A stretch of DNA of 63,811 nucleotides, the filler included, from Octopus bimaculoides (Eukaryota): assembly GCF_001194135.2 (NCBI RefSeq). It is 7 parts of 6 records of this genome, joined end to end, with 100 filler letters (N's around TTAATTAATTAA, not from the genome) between each part and the next. Parts side by side here need not be neighbours in the genome. Positions count along the whole stretch, not along the records: positions 27,251 to 41,793 come from NC_069000.1; positions 41,894 to 58,289 come from NC_068989.1; 5 more parts are not named here. One strand, given 5' to 3'. The notes under the pieces were generated by a model, which did no database searches, was not told where the DNA came from, and saw nothing but the letters and a program-made list of their open reading frames with translations. Position numbers and translations under genes: made by a program. Shown one piece after another: positions 38,327 through 51,999 of the stretch (position 1 is its first letter; every line of letters starts with the position of its first letter).

Positions 38327-38791
38327 NNNNNNNNNNNNNNNNNNNNNNNNNNNNNNNNNNNNNNNNNNNNNNNNNNNNNNNNNNNNNNNNNNNNNNNNNN
38401 NNNNNNNNNNNNNNNNNNNNNNNNNNNNNNNNNNNNNNNNNNNNNNNNNNNNNNNNNNNNNNNNNNNNNNNNNNNNNNNNNNNNNNNNNNNNNNNNNNNN
38501 NNNNNNNNNNNNNNNNNNNNNNNNNNNNNNNNNNNNNNNNNNNNNNNNNNNNNNNNNNNNNNNNNNNNNNNNNNNNNNNNNNNNNNNNNNNNNNNNNNNN
38601 NNNNNNNNNNNNNNNNNNNNNNNNNNNNNNNNNNNNNNNNNNNNNNNNNNNNNNNNNNNNNNNNNNNNNNNNNNNNNNNNNNNNNNNNNNNNNNNNNNNN
38701 NNNNNNNNNNNNNNNNNNNNNNNNNNNNNNNNNNNNNNNNNNNNNNNNNNNNNNNNNNNNNNNNNNNNNNNNNNNNNNNNNNNNNNNNNNN

Positions 38792-39330
38792 GTGTCTCTG
38801 CTTTGGTAGGGTTTCTATGACTGGAGACCCTTCCTAATGTCAAAACCACTTTAAAGTGTGAACTGAGTGCCCGGGTGGGGGGGTGAGGTCACCAGCCATG
38901 TAGCTTGTAAGTCAACAAACACAAGGAGTGGGTGTTTTGCGCCGCCGCCGCCGCCCCGTATGATGTTGGCAGTTGGGAGTACAGCAGGTTCTTGTAGAGG
39001 AGCAACAATGGCTACTCATATTTAGGAGAGAGAGAGAGAGAGAGAGAATGAATTAGAGATATCTCCCAGAAGATAGACAGTAGTGATGAGGGGGCTTTTG
39101 CAAGACCATGAGGGGAAGTGGGAGAGGAGGTAGTCAAGAGCTGTAAAGGTTGGGGGAGGAGGCTGCAAGGTAAGGGTGGGGCTATAAGGAAAGGATACTA
39201 GTTGTAGGGTAGCAGTGATACAGTTGACAGAGGGGAGACTGGAGATGATGTGTTTGGGTAGCCTAGAGGGGGATGAAACAAGTGTAATGCACAAGGGGAG
39301 GTAATGTGGTGGTCTAGGCAGAGGGCGGGG
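38792..39330 (-). mobile_element. CR1/Jockey-group APE endonuclease fragment, decayed
   Basis: TFTALDYLLSHF...VYLLGD then TRTCCTPNCQHH...NTHSLCLLT...PPPGHSVH resembles the LLGDFN...PTR...NTLDL...PLG.SDH motifs. Confidence 0.5.
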
Positions 39331-39733
39331 ATGGATGGCCCCTGTAATGTTTTATTTATGGATGAAAAGTGGCTAACAGGTGAGATGGTTTATATATATA
39401 TTGTTTCCATTTGCTTGCTTGTTGTATATTTAAATTAGTTACATTAGATGTGTCACATTATTAAATAGAACTAACAATGATGATAATGATAATTGTTAAT
39501 TATTTTAGAGGCCTAATGAAACAAGTGCAGTGACCTTAGCTCTATTTTACATCCTGCTTGTGTAGAGGGTGGGAATTTACCCTGCGTATGATTGGAAGAA
39601 TATGAGAAATGGAAGCGAAAAATAATGATAATGATTTCTTTATTAGCCACAAGGGCCAAACACAACAGATAGGGACAGTACAATACAAGGGCCAAGTAGA
39701 GTGTTGAACAATGCCAAGTATACAATGAATAAC

Positions 39734-39767
<34 letters not shown>

Positions 39768-39777
39768 NNNNNNNNNN

Positions 39778-39812
<35 letters not shown>

Positions 39813-40615
39813 CATTGAAATACTTTTCCTGTGGAGTTCCTTGCCACATTTTCTCAGTTGTCAGCCAAGGCTTCACCATGATGTCTTCAATGTGTTCAAT
39901 ACAGGCACAGCCCTGTGGTTTAGGCAGTTTGCTTTATGACACATGTGGTTCTGGTTTCTATACCACTGCACAGTAGTACCATGGGCTTTTTTTTTTTCTT
40001 TCTTTCTTTAACTGTGGTATCGTGTAAGACAGTGCCTTTAGCACTGGAATTCGGTAGGTAGAAGTGATATAGAATTCTGTTGTGTGTGTATGTGTGTAAC
40101 TACAAGACGGAAATAACTGCTGGGATCAGTTTGAACAACTGGTCCTCAAAGAGGTGTCCCAGCATGGCCATAGCCCAGTGACTGGCCCCCGTCCCTCCAC
40201 CACCACCACTGCTAAGAGAATTAATATTCTTTGATCCATCTCAGTATCCTATGAGGACAAACTGACATTCCTCAAAAGACTTTTTTTGTTTTTTTGCCGT
40301 TTTTTTGTACATGTTTTTCCTGTTCTTCTTCGACTTCATATGATAGAAACGTTGTTGTTGTTGTTGCTGCTGTTGTTGTTTTCACAAGCAGGAGGAAGGA
40401 GTTAGCGTATCTGCTTTTGTTGGGTTCTTTTTCTTTCATCTGTTTTCATTCACATTTTTGTATTTACAACAAACTGTACCAACAGCTCATCTAGACATGT
40501 CATTCTGACAACTGTCGGTCATTTGACAGGCTTATCACAAACACATTAGATCCTAAATTCATAGACTTAGTTTTATCCCTTTATCATTATTATCATTATT
40601 ATTATCATTATTATT

Positions 40616-40683
<68 letters not shown>

Positions 40684-42407
40684 TCCTCATGTTATCAAGC
40701 ACCATGCAAGTTTCTGCACAGATGCCTCTCCACATTCATCAGGTGTGTTATCGAATTCAAATTCTGCCATAGTTAATTTGGGTTTTCATACCTATAAAAT
40801 AAAGGTACCTGTCAGGTATTGGGGGATGACTCACTCAACCTTCTGCCCGTCTCCCAAAATGTGCGTGGCCTTGTGCCTCTGTTAGAAATCATTATTATTA
40901 TTATCATTATTATTAAGGCAGGTGGCACAAAGAAAAACTCTCTCTCAAAAAGAGAACTTTTCTTATAAAGTTTCGGTTCTATCTTGAAACTATTTCACTT
41001 CGAATATGCCATGAGCATCACAACATTTCTTTCCCTTTTAAAAGTCTGGCTTTGTGCCTCGTCAAACAATCAGCATTAATGTCATTATCATCATCATCAT
41101 AATAATAATAATTAGAATGGTAAAAATCACTATTAGAATGGATGCCTTGCCAAATCTAGTGCTGTGACAGATTAATTTACCTTAGTGGATCTGAAATTTA
41201 CTGTCCATCCCCATTAGAAGATCTGAAATTTACTGTCCATTGGCTCAAATCCTGCTGTTCTGGGTTCAAAGTACTGCCTTGGTCAAATTAAGGTTTTTGG
41301 GGTTTTTTTAAGGCCAGACAGCATAATGGAGCCTTATGTGATTGGTTATTACTTCTATTCTGGAAAGTTAGAAGAGAGTTAAAAAAACAAAGAAATCCAT
41401 CATTGTTATCATCATCATCATCATCATCATCATCAAGACTGCAAGCAGAACTGTTAGCATACCAAGCAAAATGCTTAGCAGTATTTCATCTTTTATGTTC
41501 TGGGTTCAAATTCTGCCAAGATTGACTTTGCTTGTCATCCTTTTGGGGGTCAATAAAACATGGACCACCAGTTCAGCACTGGGGTCAATGTAATCAACTT
41601 GACCCCCCTCCCTCAGACTTGCTGGCCTTGTGCCAAAATTTGAAACCATTCGTATCATTACTATCCTTATCAGTCCTAAGATGGTTTGTTGTACAGCTGT
41701 ACCAGTTACAGATTTTAAATTTTATTGTGTTCTTTCATTTTAATTCTTTGGATGTCCTCTGGAAATTACTTCTTTTTTTTTTCTTCCTATTTTNNNNNNN
41801 NNNNNNNNNNNNNNNNNNNNNNNNNNNNNNNNNNNNNTTAATTAATTAANNNNNNNNNNNNNNNNNNNNNNNNNNNNNNNNNNNNNNNNNNNNTATATAT
41901 ATATATGCATGTATGTATATATGTACGTTTGGATGTATATGTATATACTTGCACAAATACTTGCTTATAAACGCACACAAATGTATATGCAACCACACAC
42001 GCATACACACACATATACACTGTCACATTAACACGCTAATACACACTCAAAATCTTTGTCTTCTTTTCCGTGGCATTCATTACTGATAAACTGCATCAAC
42101 ATACGCATAAGTTCACATACACACACACACGTACCCTCTTTGTCTCTTTAGGTCTTTCTCTCCCTTCTCCTTCTCTCTTTCTCTCTCTCTCTATCTCACA
42201 CCCTTTTACCTCTTACTTTCTCACTCTCTTTTTCTTTCATACGTTCTCTCTATATTTCTTCACTGCTTACAATAAATTTATCTGCTTCATGCTTATTCAT
42301 TCGTGCTTTCGTTTCATGTTTCTGTCTTTCTCCCTCTTCAATTCTGTCATTCTTTCTGAAGCTTTGAAAACATCTCCTAATTCACTTACAAACACACGAG
42401 CACTCTC

Positions 42408-42464
<57 letters not shown>

Positions 42465-43132
42465 NNNNNNNNNNNNNNNNNNNNNNNNNNNNNNNNNNNN
42501 NNNNNNNNNNNNNNNNNNNNNNNNNNNNNNNNNNNNNNNNNNNNNNNNNNNNNNNNNNNNNNNNNNNNNNNNNNNNNNNNNNNNNNNNNNNNNNNNNNNN
42601 NNNNNNNNNNNNNNNNNNNNNNNNNNNNNNNNNNNNNNNNNNNNNNNNNNNNNNNNNNNNNNNNNNNNNNNNNNNNNNNNNNNNNNNNNNNNNNNNNNNN
42701 NNNNNNNNNNNNNNNNNNNNNNNNNNNNNNNNNNNNNNNNNNNNNNNNNNNNNNNNNNNNNNNNNNNNNNNNNNNNNNNNNNNNNNNNNNNNNNNNNNNN
42801 NNNNNNNNNNNNNNNNNNNNNNNNNNNNNNNNNNNNNNNNNNNNNNNNNNNNNNNNNNNNNNNNNNNNNNNNNNNNNNNNNNNNNNNNNNNNNNNNNNNN
42901 NNNNNNNNNNNNNNNNNNNNNNNNNNNNNNNNNNNNNNNNNNNNNNNNNNNNNNNNNNNNNNNNNNNNNNNNNNNNNNNNNNNNNNNNNNNNNNNNNNNN
43001 NNNNNNNNNNNNNNNNNNNNNNNNNNNNNNNNNNNNNNNNNNNNNNNNNNNNNNNNNNNNNNNNNNNNNNNNNNNNNNNNNNNNNNNNNNNNNNNNNNNN
43101 NNNNNNNNNNNNNNNNNNNNNNNNNNNNNNNN

Positions 43133-43175
<43 letters not shown>

Positions 43176-43927
43176 CATATATATATATGTATGTACATAA
43201 ATGTTAAAATGTGTGTGTGAGAGAGAGAGAGAGAAAGAGAGAGAGTAGGTAGGTATATATGTGTGTTTGAACGTGTGTTTAAATCCATAATCATATACAC
43301 ATAAATGTGTGTGTGTATATATAAATATATATATATATGTATACATATACTTGCAGAGAAAGAGTGTGTATATATATACACACACATAAGCCAGCAAATA
43401 TATCGATGGATACATATATATGTATGTATATACATACATAGAAACTCATCGCTTTTCTCGGCAACCCCCACACCCACGCATTATTTCCTCCTCCCCAAAC
43501 TGTATATTAGCTGTATATAGAGACAGATATGCTGTTAAACCCCTGTCTTCAACTACCACTCACTCTCCTAATGCCGCCTTTTCATCTGTCTCCTCTCCCT
43601 CCCTCTCCCCCGTTTCCTCGTCTTCTTTCCCTCTGCTGTCCTTTGAAGGCTTTAATCCAATCCATAGTCTTGTCTCGAATAATCCATCCAACCGGTCTTA
43701 CCACTTTTTATCCTTTCTATACCCATCTTCTCTCTCTCTATTTCTCTTTCTCCCTCTCCTTTTTTCCTCACTCACTCCCTCTCTGTCCTTCTCCTTCTGA
43801 TTTTCTCTCCTGCCGTCTCCCTCATCCAATGTGTGCAATATTTCCCTTATTCCCTGTATTCATGCAATTATCCGTTTCTTTTTGGACAAACATACACACA
43901 TAAATATATACATACATACATGCATGC

Positions 43928-43969
<42 letters not shown>

Positions 43970-44032
43970 NNNNNNNNNNNNNNNNNNNNNNNNNNNNNNN
44001 NNNNNNNNNNNNNNNNNNNNNNNNNNNNNNNN

Positions 44033-44073
<41 letters not shown>

Positions 44074-44559
44074 TATATGTATATAAATAGATAGACAGAT
44101 AGATAGATAGATACATACATACATACATACATATACATACGCATGCGTCTATCAATATAATTATACGCATGTGTATGTATGCGTGTGTGTACGCGTGTGT
44201 GTGTATGCGTGTGTGTGTGTGCGTGTCTACATATGTTTAGAGAGCACTCTCAATGATTAAATACTTTTTTAAGCAAATGAAGTAATGCCATATAGGTCAT
44301 ATGTCCTTCTAAACCGCCTATATATAAATATACGCAGATATATCTATATATGTATGTATGTATGTATGCATGTATGTATGTATGTATGTATGTATGTATG
44401 TATGTATGTAGGTAGGTAGGTAGGTATGTATGTCTCTTCTGTACTAAATCATTCAAGTTCTTCTTCTGAAGAAGGAATTGGTTTTTAACAAAGATAGAAA
44501 ACTCAATTTTTGGAATATAGATATCGAAAACATTGTCACATTTTAAACCTGGGAAAAGT

Positions 44560-45720
44560 TTTGCATAGCTTTACTGTTCTGCTTACAGATTGTATTTGTA
44601 ATGTTGAATCAGTTAGTTGGTTTCTTTTTCTGAAAATCCAAGCTTATCTAGACTGACAGTTAGGCATTTACTTGCAAGAACAGGTGCTCCAAATATTTAT
44701 TGGTATAAAGGTAAATGTGTAATTCAGTTGTCCATACTTGTCTTCTTTCTCTTTGATTTACAAAGATATATTCACATCAAGAGGAGAGCTGACCTCTAAG
44801 ACGGTACATACTTTTTCTTGTCTATCCTAAACAGCAATATCTGGCCTGTTATGTTTACAGTTGACAGATATTTTCATGGAAATATTCCACCAATATTCCT
44901 TGTGCTAGTATTTGTGCACCTATTCGGTAACAGTGCAAGTCTCTATATTTATTCCTGAACAGTCGTTCTTTGCGAATGGCATTGTATTTTGTTTTTGCGA
45001 CAACGTCATGTCGTATAGGGAGGTAGTATCTTGATGACATTTCTAGGCAGCTGCTAACGACATGTGGGATGTCTTCCACAGAAATATGACATAATCTACA
45101 GTTACAGTTGCATCTTGGAACACTGACTCTTCTGTTGATTAGCTATTTAGCAACAATTTCCTCTTCTTGGATTGCAATTACATAGCCTTCGAAGTTTGAT
45201 TTGATGTAGTGGTGACGAGTCCAAGAGAGGCTTCGCGTCATATCAATGTTACTATTATTTTTCAAGTCTACGAGAAACATACCATGCACTGTTTTTTTTT
45301 TTTGATATGCTGAGCGTTCCACTTTCAGGTCTTCTTTGAGGTATGCTTATTCGGCTGATTTGGGGTTGTATGGAAGGTCATCAAGAAGATAGTACTTCCT
45401 GAAGAGCTCACTTCCAACACGTAGGATATGGTTTTCGCCACTTTCCAGCACTGAGTGTATATTTATTTTTGATGCTGTTGTTTAGTAAGTGCTATCTGAG
45501 AGACTATGCGGTATTCAAAGTTTGTCTGCACTAATCTCAAGCCGCTACATCCTTTATCTCCTCTTATGCAGAGCCTGTCAATATCAGAATTGACAATACT
45601 GTGCTTCCATCTCATGCTAGAAAACTTAATGCCCAGGTTACGAAATGATTTGTGGACCTTGCAGACCCACAGAGGATACGCACGAATAATTGTTTGTGAA
45701 CGTGTGAAGGTGTTTTCATC
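44560..45720 (-). mobile_element. R4/Dong-like non-LTR element 3' part (post-RT, CCHC knuckle, RLE endonuclease), decayed
   Basis: NSDIDRLCIRGDKGCSGL (cf. SDVDRLY..R..GGRGL); EDIPHVVSSCLEMSSRYYLPIRHDVVAK (cf. ETI.HI.SGC...Y..RHD.VAK); ILWNIFMKI. Confidence 0.75.
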
Positions 45721-47257
45721 TATATCTGCCTGTGTATATGCATCAATGTATGCATGCACGTAAGTGCATTTTAATGACATATACATACATGCATATGTAT
45801 GTATGCATGTATGTATGTAGGTATGTATGTGCGTACGTACGTATGTATGTATGTATGTATGCATGTATATAATTTCTTCGAAGCAGTTCTCAATTTTTTC
45901 CTTGTAAATGTTTTATACTTAGATACTCTATTAAAATGTATTGAATAATCTTTCAGTTTAATGGTGAAATGCTTTATATATAACTTAACAAAAACAAACA
46001 TCAATATATATGTGTGCATATGTGTATGTGCATATGTGTATGTGCAGATGTGTTTGTGTGTGTGTGCGTGTGTATAAATGTGTGTGCATATATATATAAT
46101 ATGCACACATACAGATACACATACATACAAAAACACATGTACACACATACTATATTTAGTATCTTTCCTTCCTTCCTTCCTCTCTCTCTCTCTCTCTCTC
46201 AACCATAGACAAAAGCTCTCTCTCACTCTCTCTCTCTGTCTCCCTCTCTTTCTATCTCTGTCTGTCTCAACCATAGACTTAAGCTCTCTGTCTCTCTTCC
46301 TCTCCCCATCTCTCTCTCTCACTTTCATCTTATTCTCTTGCTGTTTCTCTCCTATTCCAACCGTCCTGCACAGTAACAGACATGCGCACAAGCAAAGTCA
46401 CTCACACAGTCAATCTCTTCTAGTATTTCTTACTCGTTTCGCTGCTCTCAATCAATATACCATTTAAGCAACCCATTTATATATTTGACTTATTTCGTCT
46501 GCAGGCTCTCCATCACTACCACCTCAAACTCCCGCATCTTCATCATCAGCCTCGGCATCACTATATCTACCTTCATCACCAACATCGCACCGTCACTATC
46601 TTCGTAATAAGCACTACCACCCCCACCATCATTATCACCTTCTCCAACAAGAAGCACTGTCACCAACACCACTGCTACAACTTATAGCAGCAACATCAAC
46701 ACTAACACCACCTCCACTACATTCTTTCTTACATTCATCAGCGCTANNNNNNNNNNNNNNNNNNNNNNNNNNNNNNNNNNNNNNNNNNNNNNNNNNNNNN
46801 NNNNNNNNNNNNNNNNNNNNNNNNNNNNNNNNNNNNNNNNNNNNNNNNNNNNNNNNNNNNNNNNNNNNNNNNNNNNNNNNNNNNNNNNNNNNNNNNNNNN
46901 NNNNNNNNNNNNNNNNNNNNNNNNNNNNNNNNNNNNNNNNNNNNNNNNNNNNNNNNNNNNNNNNNNNNNNNNNNNNNNNNNNNNNNNNNNNNNNNNNCAC
47001 CATCACAAAATACCAACCACCGACACAATTAGATCCATCAACGACTGGCACCGACATTATGAACATCATCAACAATAACCCAACAGCCACCATCACCACC
47101 ACCACCACCACAATTCAACCCCCCACCCCCCACCATCACCACCAACAACAACACCACCACAACCATCACCACCACCATACTAGTCCAGTCAGGAAGATTC
47201 AATATCAATACTTCTGAAAGTATCTTTCTAATTACCACCTCCTTTACTTTATTAAAA

Positions 47258-47478
47258 CGAGATGGGTGCTGAAAAGTTCCTGGCTTTAAGAGCTTCGCGA
47301 AAGGCCTTGTTGGAGGCTCAAATTTCAGAGATCTTTTACAGGGCTTAGAAAAACTGAACGACCGCTGCAATAAGTGTGTTAATCTGGTTGGGGAAGTTGC
47401 TGAATAAAATCGTAATTAACTGATCTTATATTTTCTTTTAGCCAAAACCAGTACCCTTTCGTATTCAACGCCTTTTGT
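47258..47478 (+). mobile_element. Internally deleted mariner derivative (MITE)
   Basis: Left GGGTGCTGAAAAGTTCCTGGCTTTAA and right TTAGCCAAAACCAGTACCCTTTC imperfect TIRs; residual C-terminus GLEKLNDRCNKCVNLVGEVAE*. Confidence 0.65.
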
Positions 47479-47864
47479 TTAAATACACCACATATACATA
47501 TGCATATATATATATCTTCTTCTTGCGCCCTTTTAAAACCTAGCCAGGCACATGGTCCCGGTTTCCCAGTTTCTATGGCGTATGTGTTCCCCCCAGCTGG
47601 ACGGGAATGTTTCATTGAGATTACTTGTATGATTTTCTATTTCCAGAATTCAAGCCGATCACAAACAAAGTGGCAAAAGTGTTTCTTTAAGTTGAGATTT
47701 GTGGTTATCTGAAACGGTTTATATATTCATATGTGTACACATTTGACACATCTCTATGCGTGTATATGCCTGTGGATAAATTTGCACACGTAGGTGTACA
47801 ATTCACGAACGAACACAACTGTGTATCTTTCATTACTGATTATGTGTTTGTGCTTGTGTGTGTG

Positions 47865-48284
47865 TATATATAAAATACAAAATGGGACAAGAACGCAAAA
47901 CATCCAGACAGTTAGGTGACACAAAAAAGGGGACAACAAAACATCCAGACAGACGATACAAAGAAAACAAGGGCGGGTCATTCGGAGTTTGCTTTCGTCA
48001 CTCGAGTTCCAGATTATCTTCGCAATTTAGGCTGGTTATACTCAAGATCGCTCTAATCTGGCCAGCCCCAAGCCTAAGCTAAGAGCACTAGATTCCTTGG
48101 AAGAAAGCAGCGAATGTATACGAAAACATGAACGGAAAAAAAAACGAGAAATGGTACAGGACGTTAACAACGGGTGTCTATCGACTAAGGACGAATTAAA
48201 TTAAGCTGGCGTGTGTGGAAGTAAAGCCTTACGGCAGGGACATAACGTTAGACAGGCACAGGGAGGAATATAGATGTTGCACGG
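47865..48284 (-). repeat. Interspersed repeat, probably a Penelope-like terminal repeat
   Basis: Duplicated AAAACATCCAGACAG motif and composition typical of PLE terminal repeats; family assignment from recognition only. Confidence 0.35.
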
Positions 48285-48901
48285 NNNNNNNNNNNNNNNN
48301 NNNNNNNNNNNNNNNNNNNNNNNNNNNNNNNNNNNNNNNNNNNNNNNNNNNNNNNNNNNNNNNNNNNNNNNNNNNNNNNNNNNNNNNNNTATATATATAT
48401 ATATATGCTATTATTCATATATACACACAAATCTGAAATGAAGTAACCCTGAAATGTTTCACAAATTTTCACTTTACTTCTGATGGATTGTATCTGAGCA
48501 ATGTGAGTTAGTCTTTTTTTTTCCCCTCTCTTGGAGAATCGAATTTCTTCTAGGTATCTATGTAGATCTGGTGTTACGTAACTCAGTGCACTTATAATAA
48601 TAGAAGCATACGAAAATCTTTAAGGTGGATATAAGAGTTGTAGGTTTTATATCTAATTTAGTTGTCCGTAGATGTCCTCCTTTTCTTTAATTATACACTC
48701 AAGTACACACACACGGTAGTATATTCATGCATGCCAATGCATACATTTAAGCACGTCTATCCGTTTTTTAAGACCATCACATCCGCTAGACAGCCGATCT
48801 CTACAATGATGCATGAATTTTGCTCTCTGTCCTATATGTTCATATCTGGCCAGTTGTGCTTGCATTGGATTATTGTTTAAATTGGAATCTTCCGACAGTC
48901 G

Positions 48902-48949
<48 letters not shown>

Positions 48950-49736
48950 GACATATATATATATATATATATATNNNNNNNNNNNNNNNNNNNNNNNNNN
49001 NNNNNNNNNNNNNNNNNNNNNNNNNNNNNNNNNNNNNNNNNNNNNNNNNNNNNNNNNNNNNNNNNNNNNNNNNNNNNNNNNNNNNNNNNNNNNNNNNNNN
49101 NNNNNNNNNNNNNNNNNNNNNNNNNNNNNNNNNNNNNNNNNNNNNNNNNNNNNNNNNNNNNNNNNNNNNNNNNNNNNNNNNNNNNNNNNNNNNNNNNNNN
49201 NNNNNNNNNNNNNNNNNNNNNNNNNNNNNNNNNNNNNNNNNNNNNNNNNNNNNNNNNNNNNNNNNNNNNNNNNNNNNNNNNNNNNNNNNNNNNNNNNNNN
49301 NNNNNNNNNNNNNNNNNNNNNNNNNNNNNNNNNNNNNNNNNNNNNNNNNNNNNNNNNNNNNNNNNNNNNNNNNNNNNNNNNNNNNNNNNNNNNNNNNNNN
49401 NNNNNNNNNNNNNNNNNNNNNNNNNNNNNNNNNNNNNNNNNNNNNNNNNNNNNNNNNNNNNNNNNNNNNNNNNNNNNNNNNNNNNNNNNNNNNNNNNNNN
49501 NNNNNNNNNNNNNNNNNNNNNNNNNNNNNNNNNNNNNNNNNNNNNNNNNNNNNNNNNNNNNNNNNNNNNNNNNNNNNNNNNNNNNNNNNNNNNNNNNNNN
49601 NNNNNNNNNNNNNNNNNNNNNNNNNNNNNNNNNNNNNNNNNNNNNNNNNNNNNNNNNNNNNNNNNNNNNNNNNNNNNNNNNNNNNNNNNNNNNNNNNNNN
49701 NNNNNNNNNNATATATATATATATATATATATATAT

Positions 49737-49949
49737 ACTATTGAACATAATTCAAAGCACGCTATATATATATATAGATGTTTCCGATCTAGTTTGGATT
49801 CTTTGCCATCAAGTTTAAATTCTTTGCCATCAAATTTAAATTCTTTGCCATCAAATTTGATGGCAAAGAATTGAAATTTGATGGCAAAGAATCCAAACTA
49901 GATCGAAAACATCTATATATATAGCGTACTTTGAATTATGTTCACTAGT
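49737..49949. repeat. Foldback (whole-element palindrome) with 21-bp internal subrepeats
   Basis: TGAACATAATTCAAAG.ACGCTATATA...GATCTAGTTTGGATTCTTTGCCATCAA mirrored on the right; three forward units at 49798, 49819 and 49840, two reverse units; centre GCCATCAAATTTGATGGC is a perfect palindrome. Confidence 0.9.
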
Positions 49950-50030
49950 GCTACGGATAGCTCGGTGAGCTGAAATAAACTTGTCGTTCGTAACTGAAAC
50001 ACTATTAAATAAAAGTAACCAACTGTGTAA

Positions 50031-50188
50031 CATGGATTGTTCTAGATCGAATTTTAAAACCATATCAATGTCACGTGGATAATTCATATTTTTTCAATAG
50101 TTTGCCTGTTATGTCGTTCAATAAGTAAAAATGAACTATCCATGTGACATGGTTATGATCCTAAAATTCGATCTAGAACAAACCAGTG
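50031..50188. repeat. Second imperfect inverted repeat (~60-bp arms)
   Basis: 50031-50092 pairs with 50127-50188; both arms contain TCTAGATCGA, as the first foldback does. Confidence 0.75.
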
Positions 50189-50357
50189 AAAAATGTAATT
50201 GTCACCATCTATATAAACCCACAGTTCTTCGACCTATAACTAGTTCGATAAATTCCATCGCAATGAACTCTGTTGCTTCCACTAAGTGTTAATAAAAATA
50301 TACATATACTCATATTTTGAGTTCTCTTTTTCCTGTTCGCATCACCATATCTATATA

Positions 50358-51456
50358 TTAGGTTGTCTCACATGTAATGTCGCATTTGAAAATGGAAACA
50401 TTAAAATTGTTTCTTAAGTTTTAGAATATTTATTTATTTAATCAAAATATTATCCTTGTTCATTTATGACCTTCATCCAACGTTCCTTGTTATCTTTTTC
50501 ACTGATAAACTGTTCGAATGCTTCAATTACCTCTTCTTTATATAAGAATGTTTTATTGCATATAGTAAGCACAAAGTGTTTAAATACGGAGAGATATCAG
50601 GAGAATAAGGAGGATGTGTCAAAATTTCATAATCCAGGCTTTGCAACTTGTGGACCGTAGCTAGAGAAGTGTGAGGCCGTGCGTTATCATGAAGCAATCA
50701 ATTTCTTGTTACAGTATTTCCTTGTTGAAAAGATGAATAATGAGTAACCCCTTTGTTGACCACCATACAGTGTCCATTAACTTTTTAGGATGTAATGGTG
50801 GCTTTGGGTACTGTTTTGGTGACTCTCCTGCATGTTAGTATTGTCCTGTCCTCCTGCTGTTATCAAAGAGTATCCATTTCTCATCACACATAATGAGTCA
50901 ATACAAAAATGGTTCTCTTTCCAACCGAAAAATCAACATAGAACACACTGTAAGGTGTTTGTTTCTTTGAATCTCATTAAGTTGATGGGGAACAAACCTA
51001 TCCATCCTTTTGACTTTTCCAATTTTCTTCAAGTGTCGAGAAGCAGTTGCGGGAGATGTCTGGAGCTCAGACCCGATTTTTCGGACTGTTGTTCTCGGAT
51101 TTCGAATAACTGATTTTGGTCTCCCTCTTGGTGCATTTTTAAGGCTTTCATTTTCTGAACGAAATTTTTGGAACCATCTCTGAACAGTTCTAATGTCAAC
51201 GGAATCGTTAATGTTTCGAAGAGCTTCGGTGGCAAAGTGACTCAACTTGTATTCGTATAAGAAAATCACTCCGTATTGTTCATTTGTAAACATTGTCATA
51301 AGAGCTTCGAGTAGCAATTTTGAATAATAGCATTGTCTAGAAAGAAAAAAGAGTTAAGAGTAAGCACGAGCATATACATAGAAACTCATTAAAAATCCAT
51401 TTATAGATGACTCGTAAGAAATCCATTTAAAATACATTTCATATGAAACAACCTAA
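50358..51456 (-). mobile_element. Mariner element with both TIRs, inactivated transposase
   Basis: TIRs TTAGGTTGT(C/T)TCA(C/T)ATG(T/A)AATGT at both ends, TA at 50356-57; HTH region IRTVQRWFQKFRS, FVPHQL (WVPHEL motif), LLLHDNARPH and HPPYSPDISP. Confidence 0.92.
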
Positions 51457-51999
51457 CATACATGTGTGTGTGTGTGTATGTGTGTGTGTGTGTGCGTGCG
51501 TATGTGTGTGTGTGTGTGTGTGTATATATATACATATATATATTCTTTTGTTCTCTTATTCTTTTACCTATTTCAGTCATTGGACTACAACCATGCTGGA
51601 GCACTGTCTTTAGTCGAAGAAATCAACCCCCGGACTTATTCTTTGTAAGCCTAGTACTTATTCTATCGGTCACTTTTGCCGAACCGCTAAGTTTCAGGGA
51701 CGCAAACACTCCAGCATCGGTTTTCAAGGGATAGCAGGTGGACAAGCATAGACACACACACATAAATATATACATATAAATATTCGACGGGCTTCTTTCA
51801 ATTTCCGTCTACTAAATCCACTCACAAGGCTTTGGTCGGCTTTGGTCGACACTTGCCCCAGGAGCCATGCAGTGGGACTGAACTATGTAGTTGGGAAGCA
51901 AGTTTCTTACCACTCCCCTAATATGTTCTACTATTTTGCTACCGGTTTCAGCCAGAAGCTGTCGCCATTCTGGGGCATATTCATCAGTGTCTATGCTTG

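Noticed and set aside
46490-47370. Val/Gly-rich minus-strand ORFs
   Set aside because: Low-complexity (CAC/CAT/AAC)n sequence around a gap.
47975-48010. Minus-strand GTGACGAAAGCAAACTCCGAAT as a possible hammerhead remnant
   Set aside because: Too many core changes and no demonstrable stem I; it needs a family consensus.
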